Source: an uncultured Lachnospiraceae bacterium
Lineage (GTDB): Bacteria > Bacillota > Clostridia > Lachnospirales > Lachnospiraceae
Reading direction: 5' to 3'
Length of the DNA stretch: 64,000 bases
Assembly (NCBI GenBank): GCA_910577175.1
Contig: CAJTLU010000013.1
Location: 4,171-68,170 of the forward strand
Shown here: positions 8,989-16,564 of the stretch, in pieces
Layout: each line of letters begins with the position of its first letter
Position numbering within the stretch: the stretch's first letter is position 1
Program-made: the position numbers and the translations under genes
Notes under the pieces: generated by a model
What the model was told of the DNA's origin: nothing
Seen by the model: the letters and a program-made list of their open reading frames with translations, nothing else
The model's database searches: none

Positions 8989-9381
8989 CTATCCAAGATA
9001 CTCGATTTCAAGGCTGTTAGGAGAAGTAAAAGTCACCCTGACTTCCCCGCCTACTTGTGCGCCAACGCTTCTGTACCAATTACCTATGCCCTTTAGATTT
9101 CCTTCCTCCGCAAACTGCTTTGCATAAACATCCCCTGCACTGCTGCACCCCTGCGCAAGCAAAATACCAGAATAACGTCCATTTACAGCAACACAGCGGT
9201 ACCTGGGATTTGTTGTAGGATGATTGTCATTAAATATACCAAACCTCTCTGCATACTGCCGCGGTATCTTAATATAACCTTCCCCATAAATTGGATCACG
9301 GGTATTAGTATAGCGGTATGTACCCCACCCTAAATGGGACGGCTTCAAAGTAACTGTAAATGTGTCTCCTGCTCTTGGCAT
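8989..9381 (-). CDS. 130-aa stand-alone protein resembling the B3-like DNA-binding domain of the two PLD nucleases
   Basis: SD aagggggg. Blocks LGWGTYR...GEGYIKIPRQYAERFGIF...RVTF parallel GLNWGQR...EAYIPLP...GFFP...DVTF of the R-protein C-terminus. Eye alignment only. Confidence 0.45.
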   Translation of the reverse strand: MPRAGDTFTVTLKPSHLGWGTYRYTNTRDPIYGEGYIKIPRQYAERFGIFNDNHPTTNPRYRCVAVNGRYSGILLAQGCSSAGDVYAKQFAEEGNLKGIGNWYRSVGAQVGGEVRVTFTSPNSLEIEYLG

Positions 9382-9583
9382 AAAAATTCCCCCCTTGTAC
9401 TTTCAAAGTTTAATTTTTTCAACAGACCGTTTTCTTCTATAAATATTATCGGCTCGAAATCATGTTTTAAAAATCACATAATTATAAAAGTTCATGTCTT
9501 TTTACAGTTCTTCCCTTTTATTATACCACAAAAAGAAAATAATTGCTTCATCTTGCTAAAATTCTAAATGGTCCCTAAGTATT

Positions 9584-9656
9584 GGTCAGACACTAGAACT
9601 CCCTAGGGGCCTGACCAGCCTTAGAGGAAGTCCAGTGAAGCGTTGCGTCTGCAAAA
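9584..9656. repeat. Stem-loop plus 36-nt conserved box, copy 1 (copy 2 at 43334-43413)
   Basis: ggtcag...ctgacc stem followed by ttagaggaagtccagtgaagcgttgcgtctgcaaaa. 30/36 identical to 43378-43413. Confidence 0.6.
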
Positions 9657-9708
9657 TCAGATAGTGCGCAGTCTCCGGAGTGTAAGGGTGTATATAAAAT
9701 GTAGAAGT

Positions 9709-9996
9709 TCAAGGCTTCCGGTCCGGAAAGAGCGTGACGTCAAGCATTTTGTTTTCCTGTGCGGCGTCTTTTAAGACCGTAAGGAAGCGCTCGCCGTAGC
9801 TTCCAGTGCAGGAAAGCAGATGCTCTGTGTAGGTAACGGTCAGGAAAAGCGGATGTGTAATTTCACACAGGCAGTCATGCAGGGCATCCAGGTTTTTCCC
9901 ATAGTGGGCAGGAAGCTCCAGCTTGTTCGCAAGATAATCGTGTAAGGCTTCTTTGGAAGTCATTTTGTTTCCGCTGAGTGTGACGCGCTGCTGCAT
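9709..9996 (-). CDS. Barstar-family ribonuclease inhibitor
   Basis: LELPAHYGKNLDALHDCL matches the barstar core (LALPEYYGENLDALWDCL). SD aaggaga. Directly downstream of the RNase gene. Confidence 0.9.
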   Translation of the reverse strand: MQQRVTLSGNKMTSKEALHDYLANKLELPAHYGKNLDALHDCLCEITHPLFLTVTYTEHLLSCTGSYGERFLTVLKDAAQENKMLDVTLFPDRKP

Positions 9997-10037
9997 GGGA
10001 TTCTCCTTCTGGCGTTTGCCCCCTGTTTCGGGGCTAC

Positions 10038-10730
10038 CTAATATAGTTTCGTAAAGGTCTTATAATGGTCGTCTGTGTAGTAAATCAGGCCGTCGTTGGA
10101 GTAGAGAATCCGTTCTGCACCGCGGTAGCCGCCACTATAGTTTACATCGCATTCATACCAGATGCGGCCCTTAGCCTCTGGCAGAAGTCCTTCGTAGTTG
10201 CCGAACCGGTTGCCGCCGATGGACATTTTGTCCGTAACGTCCCAAAGGTTTCCTTTTTCACTGTCCCAGCCAAGCTGTTCTGCCTCATTTTTGGTAATGT
10301 AATTGGAAGGCAGCTTATGGAAGTTATGGAGATAAGCTGCGACCAGCTCCGGGGAACTGTAAGTGCCGTCTTCCTTTACCAGCTCTTCTGGTGACTTTGA
10401 GGGTTCTGGCGTTGGCGTCTCTGTCGGCGCCGCCGTTACTGTAGAAGCGGGTGTGGTCAGTGCCTCTGTTGGCGCCTTCGTTGCCGTGGGGGCAGGCGGG
10501 GTCAGCGTATGTGCCGGGGCTTCTGTCGGTGCCGGAGTCACGGTATCGGAAGATGGGAGCTCCGGTCCTTTGTTCTCTGGCGCTTCTTCATCCAGCCCGA
10601 CCGCGAAAAGTCCGGAAAAAACCTGTTTCAGGTCTTTCCCGTTTGCCAGTGCAAGCACGACTGCAATCAGGAGAACAAGAATAGAAGCGCCAAGTCTTTT
10701 CTGCTTCTTTGTAAAAGTTGGTTTATTCAT
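10038..10730 (-). CDS. Secreted or membrane-anchored barnase-type guanyl-specific ribonuclease
   Basis: C-terminal 110 aa are collinear with barnase (HKLPSNYITKNEAEQLGW...GGNRF...RIWYECDVNY...RILYSNDGLIYYTDDHYKTFTKLY). N-terminal TM/signal and a Pro/Thr/Ala-rich linker. Confidence 0.9.
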   Translation of the reverse strand: MNKPTFTKKQKRLGASILVLLIAVVLALANGKDLKQVFSGLFAVGLDEEAPENKGPELPSSDTVTPAPTEAPAHTLTPPAPTATKAPTEALTTPASTVTAAPTETPTPEPSKSPEELVKEDGTYSSPELVAAYLHNFHKLPSNYITKNEAEQLGWDSEKGNLWDVTDKMSIGGNRFGNYEGLLPEAKGRIWYECDVNYSGGYRGAERILYSNDGLIYYTDDHYKTFTKLY

Positions 10731-10798
10731 TAAAATCCCTCCGTAATGTTCCTGAGATAATCATCTGATTGCTACAGTATAGCATGAAGAAGGGGAAC

Positions 10799-10827
10799 TT
10801 GTCAAAAGGAGCGGGACATAGTATAAT
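10799..10827 (+). promoter_or_regulatory. Promoter of the ABC exporter gene, followed by a structured leader
   Basis: -35 TTGTCA, 17-nt spacer, -10 TATAAT. An 11-bp perfect hairpin at 10831-10865 sits right at the predicted 5' end. Confidence 0.6.
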
Positions 10828-10988
10828 TGTCTGAGGAAGCGCTGATGAAATCACCGCTTCCTCAGAGCCTCCGGCGGATGCACACGGATTTGCCGCAGAA
10901 TCTGCTGCTTTGTAGCGCAAATCCGGTGCGGGAAACGCTTTCATCAACATTTCCCTAAAGAAAAACAAAGCCCCTGTAAAGGAGGAAT

Positions 10989-12755
10989 ATGGCATTGAAG
11001 AAACAGGAATATCCTACTGGGGAGCTGATATGGCGTTTCCTGCCGTATTTTAAGCCCCATACGAAGGTGCTGGTGTTAGATTTACTCTGCTCCGCGCTTT
11101 CTACCGGCTGCGAGCTGGTGCTTCCGCTGATTCTCCGGTATATTACGAATACCGGGATGACAGAGTTAGAAAAGCTGACGGTTTCGGTCATCGGAGGACT
11201 CGCAGGAATCTATCTGCTGCTTCGTGTGGTGGAATGTTTATGTAATTATTATCGTGCCTATATGGGACATGTCATGGGCGCCGAAATTGAAACAAGCATG
11301 CGGCGGGATGCGTATGCACATCTGCAGAGGCTTTCCATTACCTTTTTCAATAATACCAAGGTCGGACAGATTATGGGGCGGCTGACCAACGACCTGTTCG
11401 ATGTGACGGAGTTTGCCCATCACTGTCCGGAGGAGTTTTTCATTGCGGGCGTAAAAATCATCGTCTCCTTTGTGATTCTGCTTACGATTAACGTGCCGCT
11501 CACCCTTGTGATTTTTGCAATGCTCCCGGTGATGGCGTATGTCTGTATTAAATTAAACCGCAGGAACCGTGCGGCATTTGCAAAGCAGCGCCAGCAGATC
11601 GGCGAGCTGAATGCGGAGGTGGAGGACAGCCTGTTAGGGCAGCGGGTCGTAAAGGCATTTGCGAACGAGACGTTAGAGGAAGCGAAGTTTGCGGAGGGAA
11701 ATGAGCTGTTTCTGGACATCAAGCGGGAAACCTACCGCTATATGGCGGCATTCCATACAAGTACGAAGGTATTTGACGGATTGATGTACCTGGTCGTGAT
11801 TCTGATGGGCGGGGTGCTTCTGATTCGCGGCTACATAACACCGGGCGACCTGGTAGCATACACAATGTATGTTGGGACGCTGTTTGCGACAATCCGTACC
11901 ATTGTTGAGTTTGCGGAGCAATTCCAGCGGGGCATTACCGGAATCGAACGCTTTTTACAGCTTATGGATGCGGAGATTGATATTTTTGACGAGCCGGGTG
12001 CGGAGCCGCTTGAGAGGCCGGCAGGGAGCATTTCCTTTGAACATGTCTCCTTTGCTTATCCGGATGACAGCAACACGGTGTTCCACGATTTCAGCCTGGA
12101 GGTGGCGGCAGGCGAAAAGCTTGCGATTGTGGGACCCTCCGGCAGCGGGAAAACGACGTTCTGCCACCTGCTTCCGCGGTTTTATGAAATTGACAACGGG
12201 ACAATCCGGATTGACGGAAAGGATATCCGGGGCGTGACCTTAAAAAGCCTGCGGGACTGCATCGGGATTGTGCAGCAGGATGTATATCTGTTTTCCGGTA
12301 CGATTTTAGAAAATATTTTATACGGGAAACCGGGTGCGACGGAGGAAGAAGCGGTCGAGGCGGCGAAAAAGGCGGGAGCCCACGGCTTTATCCTGGAGCT
12401 CCCAGAAGGATACAGAAGCTATGTGGGGGAGCGGGGCGTAAAGCTTTCCGGCGGGCAGAAGCAGCGGATTAGTATTGCGAGGGTGTTTTTAAAGAATCCG
12501 CCGATTATGATTTTAGATGAGGCAACCTCGGCGTTAGATAACGAGAGCGAGTTTGAGGTGGCAAGGTCGCTGGAGGAGCTTACGGCAGGCAGGACGACGG
12601 TTACGATTGCGCACCGTCTGTCCACGATTCAGAACGCGGACCGTATTATTGTGCTGACGAAGGAAGGGATTTCCGAGGAGGGGACGCATCAGGCGTTAAT
12701 GGAGCAGAAGGGGCTGTACTATGAATACTTTACCATGTCGGAGCGGCTCCGGTAG
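10989..12755 (+). CDS. ABC exporter, fused permease/ATPase (MsbA/multidrug type)
   Basis: Six-TM N-terminal half. Walker A GPSGSGKTT, signature LSGGQKQR, Walker B ILDEATSALD. Confidence 0.9.
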   Translation: MALKKQEYPTGELIWRFLPYFKPHTKVLVLDLLCSALSTGCELVLPLILRYITNTGMTELEKLTVSVIGGLAGIYLLLRVVECLCNYYRAYMGHVMGAEIETSMRRDAYAHLQRLSITFFNNTKVGQIMGRLTNDLFDVTEFAHHCPEEFFIAGVKIIVSFVILLTINVPLTLVIFAMLPVMAYVCIKLNRRNRAAFAKQRQQIGELNAEVEDSLLGQRVVKAFANETLEEAKFAEGNELFLDIKRETYRYMAAFHTSTKVFDGLMYLVVILMGGVLLIRGYITPGDLVAYTMYVGTLFATIRTIVEFAEQFQRGITGIERFLQLMDAEIDIFDEPGAEPLERPAGSISFEHVSFAYPDDSNTVFHDFSLEVAAGEKLAIVGPSGSGKTTFCHLLPRFYEIDNGTIRIDGKDIRGVTLKSLRDCIGIVQQDVYLFSGTILENILYGKPGATEEEAVEAAKKAGAHGFILELPEGYRSYVGERGVKLSGGQKQRISIARVFLKNPPIMILDEATSALDNESEFEVARSLEELTAGRTTVTIAHRLSTIQNADRIIVLTKEGISEEGTHQALMEQKGLYYEYFTMSERLR

Positions 12756-12832
12756 TTTTTTTCAGAAAAAAGGGGAATACTAAGCCCGTAATTTGGAAAT
12801 AGCTTTGTGCTCTTTGTACGGAGGGATATGGA

Positions 12833-14062
12833 ATGGAAGAATTATGGCAAAAGGAGCTTTTGCAGGCAGCGGAAAAAGAAAAGGAACAGCTTATCGCATG
12901 GCGGCGGTATCTGCATGCGCATGCGGAGACCGGGTTTGACCTGCCGGAGACGCTGGACTATGTTGAAAAGGAACTTAAGGCAATGGGGCTTGCCCCAAAG
13001 CGCTGTGGACGGGCAGGAATGATTGCAGAGCTTGGGAATGGAAACAAGGATAATACCTTTCTGCTACGTGCGGATATGGACGCGCTGCCGATACGGGAGC
13101 AGACAGAGAGCACCTTTGCCGCAGAAAATGGAAATATGCATGCGTGCGGACATGACATGCATACGACAATGCTTCTGGGCGCGGCAAAGCTTCTGAAGGA
13201 GAGGGAGAAGGAGCTTAACGGAACAGTACGGCTGATGTTCCAGCCTGCTGAGGAGCTGCTTTCCGGGGCAAAGGATATGATAGAAAACGGTGTTCTGGAG
13301 TCCGCAACGGTAACAGGCGCGATGATGCTTCACGTAATGAGCGGAGTAGAGATTCCTGTAGGAACAGCGATTGTGGCTGTGCCGGGGGTAAGCGCACCGG
13401 CAGCGGACTACTTTACGATTCTTATAAAGGGAAAGGGGTGCCATGGCTCATCGCCGAATCTCGGGGTTGACCCGGTGAATGCAGCGGCGCACATAGTGCT
13501 GGCACTGCAGGAGGTTCAGACGAGAGAGCTTTCGGTGGTAGAGAGGGCAATGCTTACGATTGGCAGTATCCAGGGCGGAGAAGCTGCAAATGTCATTCCG
13601 GATTGTGTCGTTTTGAAAGGAACGATGCGTGCTTACCGGGAGGATACAAGGGAATTTTTAAAAGAACGTCTTGTCTCGGTAGCAGAAAAGACCGCAGAGG
13701 TTTTCCGTGCATCTGCCGAGGTAACCTTTTCCTGCGGCTGTCCGGCATTAAAAAATGATGCTGAACTTTCCGCACGCGTACTTGAGTATGCAAAAAGCCT
13801 GCTGGGAAAGCAGCGTGCGCTTGGTGCAGGAGAGCTTGCCGGGGGCGCGATATCAGGCCGGGCGGAAAAAACAGGAGGCTCGGAAGACTTTTCTTATATC
13901 AGCGAGAAGGTTCCTTCGGTCATGGTCGCACTGGCGGCAGGTACGCCGGAAAACGGCTGCGAGTATCCGTTACACCATCCGGAGGTTACCTTTGAGGAGG
14001 AGGCAATGCCATCCGGAAGCGCATTGCTTGCGTATACGGCGCTTTGCGAACTTGGGAGGTGA
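12833..14062 (+). CDS. M20D-family amidohydrolase (N-acyl-L-amino acid amidohydrolase type)
   Basis: RADMDALP...ACGHDMHT...FQPAEE metal-binding blocks. SD ggaggga. Confidence 0.85.
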   Translation: MEELWQKELLQAAEKEKEQLIAWRRYLHAHAETGFDLPETLDYVEKELKAMGLAPKRCGRAGMIAELGNGNKDNTFLLRADMDALPIREQTESTFAAENGNMHACGHDMHTTMLLGAAKLLKEREKELNGTVRLMFQPAEELLSGAKDMIENGVLESATVTGAMMLHVMSGVEIPVGTAIVAVPGVSAPAADYFTILIKGKGCHGSSPNLGVDPVNAAAHIVLALQEVQTRELSVVERAMLTIGSIQGGEAANVIPDCVVLKGTMRAYREDTREFLKERLVSVAEKTAEVFRASAEVTFSCGCPALKNDAELSARVLEYAKSLLGKQRALGAGELAGGAISGRAEKTGGSEDFSYISEKVPSVMVALAAGTPENGCEYPLHHPEVTFEEEAMPSGSALLAYTALCELGR

Positions 14063-14143
14063 AGGAAACTCTTTTAGGGAATGCTGTACAAAGCGCACCC
14101 TTTTTGCAAGCGGAGAAAATTGCTTGCTGTAAATAAGATAGCT

Positions 14144-14170
14144 GCCGCCTTTCGTGCGGCGGCTGTTTTT
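14144..14170 (+). terminator. Rho-independent terminator
   Basis: gccgcc/ggcggc stem with an 8-nt loop, then tgtttttt. Confidence 0.6.
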
Positions 14171-14220
14171 TAACTATTCAAAAATGTGAAGGTGTCAGCG
14201 AGGCGGTAGTATACAATTTT

Positions 14221-14248
14221 TGTAACGAAATTTAAGTTTTTTCGTCTA
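14221..14248 (+). promoter_or_regulatory. ECF-type promoter (probably autoregulated)
   Basis: TGTAAC-16 nt-CGTCTA matches the ECF -35 AAC / -10 CGT pattern. Sits 40 nt upstream of the sigma gene. Confidence 0.55.
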
Positions 14249-14288
14249 AAGGATAAAGGGTAATAATGAAAAGGATGGAGGTGGGAGT

Positions 14289-14774
14289 ATTCGTAAGTTT
14301 GAGCAAATATATGAGGAACAGGCAAAAAAGGTGTTTTCTTATCTCTATTCACTGACAAGAAATTATCATGTGGCGGAAGACCTGACCCAGGAAACCTTTT
14401 TCCGTGCGTATAAGCATCTGGATGATTTTCGGGGAAATTGTTCCCTGACTACCTGGCTATACCAGATTGCAAAGAATCTTTTTGTGGACTATTTGCGTGA
14501 GGATAAAAAATACGGGAAGCTGGAGCTGAATGAGGAAATTGCCGGTGGAGATAATGTGAGTCTTGTGGAAGAGAAAGAGAATCTGAAAAGGCTTTATTAT
14601 ATCATACATCAGTTAGATGAGCCTTATAAGGAGGTCTTTTTATTACGCTATAACGAAGAACTTTCCTTCCGGGAGTTAGGAGAGATATTTCATAAATCGG
14701 AAAATTGGGCGAGGGTAATATTTTATCGTGCCAGGGAAAAATTAAGAAAAAAAATAAAGGAGGATATGGGATGA
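14289..14774 (+). CDS. ECF (sigma-70 family) RNA polymerase sigma factor, start codon non-canonical or frame-shifted
   Basis: Region 2 (AEDLTQETFFRAY) and region 4 (LSFRELGEIF). The conserved IRKFEQIYEEQAKK lies upstream of the first canonical start (GTG 14331). SD GGAGG is 7 nt before ATT 14289. Confidence 0.75.
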   Translation: MRKFEQIYEEQAKKVFSYLYSLTRNYHVAEDLTQETFFRAYKHLDDFRGNCSLTTWLYQIAKNLFVDYLREDKKYGKLELNEEIAGGDNVSLVEEKENLKRLYYIIHQLDEPYKEVFLLRYNEELSFRELGEIFHKSENWARVIFYRAREKLRKKIKEDMG

Positions 14775-15682
14775 AGGAGTGCTGTTTGATTCAGGATAGT
14801 ATGCCGCTTTACCTTGATGGAATATGCAGTGACGCAACAAAGGAGTACATAGCGGAGCATTTACAAAGCTGCGAGGAGTGTAAGAAGGTTTATGAAGACA
14901 TGAGGACATCTTCTGTTCCGGAACCGGCGGCAGAATTACCACAGAATTATCTGGATGAGGTTGAACCGCTAAAAAAGATAAGAAAAAATCGTAAAATGAA
15001 GAAAGGTATCCTTTTGTCTCTTTTGGGTCTCCTGTTTCTTTTATCAGTTGTTTTTTTCTTTTGGTACAGAAGGCTCGGACCGGAAAGTAGAATTTATTGT
15101 AGTTGCGATTCATTTGAGATATTGGCAGTGGTTGCGGACTATTTTGCGGAGAAAGGCTGTTTAGAGAATCTGGACTTTGTAATCATAGATTCGGATGGCG
15201 GGTTTACGGGTAAGAGCGATGGGTTTATCCTTGAGCCCCTTATCGAGTTTGAGCTTATTCTTTTAGATGAGAACCGGAACTGCCAATATAAAGTGATGGG
15301 AAGCCCTGTCAGTGACTCCGCACAGAAAAAACGGATGACATGGATGGAAATAGAGAAAGAGCCGTATTCTGCAACCAACTGTGCAAAAATCAATTTTGAG
15401 TCTCTGCTGGCAGGTATCAGTGAAGTCAGCAAAAGAGAAGGAGGAGAGGTTACTGCCAGTCCGGTGCAAATAGGAAAGCCAAGGGAATTTGGAAGTGGTG
15501 GATACGACTATATGTTTGAAGGGTGCGACTATATTTATGAAATGAAAAGCGGAAGGCTGGATACTTCCTCTGATGTGCCGGAAGCTGTTACGAGGCTGGA
15601 GCCTGTATGTAGGATTAGTTTTTTTAGCCGGGAAGAGGGGGATGGGGCGTTGTGCGATATAATTTTTATAGAAGAGGAATAG
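14771..15682 (+). CDS. Anti-sigma factor (zf-HC2) with one TM helix and an extracytoplasmic domain
   Basis: N-terminal H-x3-C-x2-C (HLQSCEECKK). ATGA overlap with the sigma gene. TM ILLSLLGLLFLLSVVFFFW. Confidence 0.8.
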   Translation: MKECCLIQDSMPLYLDGICSDATKEYIAEHLQSCEECKKVYEDMRTSSVPEPAAELPQNYLDEVEPLKKIRKNRKMKKGILLSLLGLLFLLSVVFFFWYRRLGPESRIYCSCDSFEILAVVADYFAEKGCLENLDFVIIDSDGGFTGKSDGFILEPLIEFELILLDENRNCQYKVMGSPVSDSAQKKRMTWMEIEKEPYSATNCAKINFESLLAGISEVSKREGGEVTASPVQIGKPREFGSGGYDYMFEGCDYIYEMKSGRLDTSSDVPEAVTRLEPVCRISFFSREEGDGALCDIIFIEEE

Positions 15683-15695
15683 GGGTATTTGACTG

Positions 15696-15724
15696 TAAAG
15701 CTGTTTTACCTTTACGACACAAGG
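15696..15724. repeat. Left arm of a ~30-bp inverted repeat
   Basis: taaagctgttttacctttacgacacaagg. Matches the reverse complement of 16497-16526 at 25 of 30 columns with 1 gap. Confidence 0.7.
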
Positions 15725-15747
15725 ATTTAAGAAAGGAGAAGAATTTT

Positions 15748-16434
15748 ATGAAGAAGAGGATTTGTCTGGCAATCGCAGTCTGTCTTCTGGTTCCGACGGT
15801 TGCGGTAAATGCGGCTGCGGCGGAGAGCTCCGGACGGCAGGAGATAACGAAGCAATGTGCAGAGCCGACGCCGGAACCTGTGATGAGAGAGATTGGAGAT
15901 ACGGCGGATAAGGCAGCAGTGTCTCTTGCAGTCTCTGATTATCCGGGATGCGTGAAAGAAGAAACGTATTTTTTTCATGGCGACGAGTGGAAGATTATCA
16001 GTACCGTGGAAGAAAAGGCAGGAGCTTCCTTGGACGATGCGGAAGTACCGGAGGCGCCGGAGGGACTTTTGGAGATAGAAAGGGTGGAAAGGAGGTTTGG
16101 ACTTCCGGAGTTTTATGCAGATTCCGATTACACTGTAGTCAAACGTGAAAATACAAAAAAGTATTTAAAAAACGGAGAGTTAGTTGCCAATGTTACACAA
16201 TCATATGACGTGTGGTATTTTGAGAGCGGAAAGGTTCATATCTATACGTCCTGTGTTTCCCTGCATACCGCAGCAGGATATAAAGAAAGTTACCTGACGG
16301 AAGGAGACGTTATAAACACGGACGGTTCGGTCAGCTATACGGAAGGTTATAAACTGACAGTAATCGGACGTTCTTATTATACAGAGCACGAGCTGGGCTT
16401 TATTGTGACACCTTCTTATTACAAGTTTTACTAG
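15748..16434 (+). CDS. Secreted hypothetical protein
   Basis: Start moved to ATG 15748 (SD gaaaggagaa). Signal peptide MKKRICLAIAVCLLVPTVAVNAAA. No family recognised. Confidence 0.65.
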   Translation: MKKRICLAIAVCLLVPTVAVNAAAAESSGRQEITKQCAEPTPEPVMREIGDTADKAAVSLAVSDYPGCVKEETYFFHGDEWKIISTVEEKAGASLDDAEVPEAPEGLLEIERVERRFGLPEFYADSDYTVVKRENTKKYLKNGELVANVTQSYDVWYFESGKVHIYTSCVSLHTAAGYKESYLTEGDVINTDGSVSYTEGYKLTVIGRSYYTEHELGFIVTPSYYKFY

Positions 16435-16496
16435 GGAAGATGTAAAGAGTAGATTTTGTTTGCTTTTTCGGAGAGAGTGTGCTATACTTACAAGGT

Positions 16497-16526
16497 CTTT
16501 GTGTCGTAAAAGTAGAAACAGCTTTT
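16497..16526. repeat. Right arm of a ~30-bp inverted repeat
   Basis: ctttgtgtcgtaaaagtagaaacagctttt. Lies just downstream of the helicase -10 element (TGcTATACT, 16480-16488). Confidence 0.7.
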
Positions 16527-16564
16527 GATGCGGGAAAATAAAAAGTAAGGATAGTAAAAAGAAC

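Noticed and set aside
2766-9570. Looked for direct repeats, att-like duplications or an integrase/transposase bounding the defence island.
   Set aside because: The AT-rich flanks share only short words (ttacag, ttcttcc), with no alignable repeat. No recombinase gene is present, so no mobile-element call is made.
10380-10560. Short degenerate tandem repeats that look array-like at DNA level. Similar stretches occur at 44560-44720 and 46140-46260.
   Set aside because: They are in-frame Pro/Thr/Ala/Glu/Lys-rich linker regions of the barnase-like RNase, the GH10 xylanase and the esterase. They lack the unique spacers and repeat regularity of a CRISPR array.
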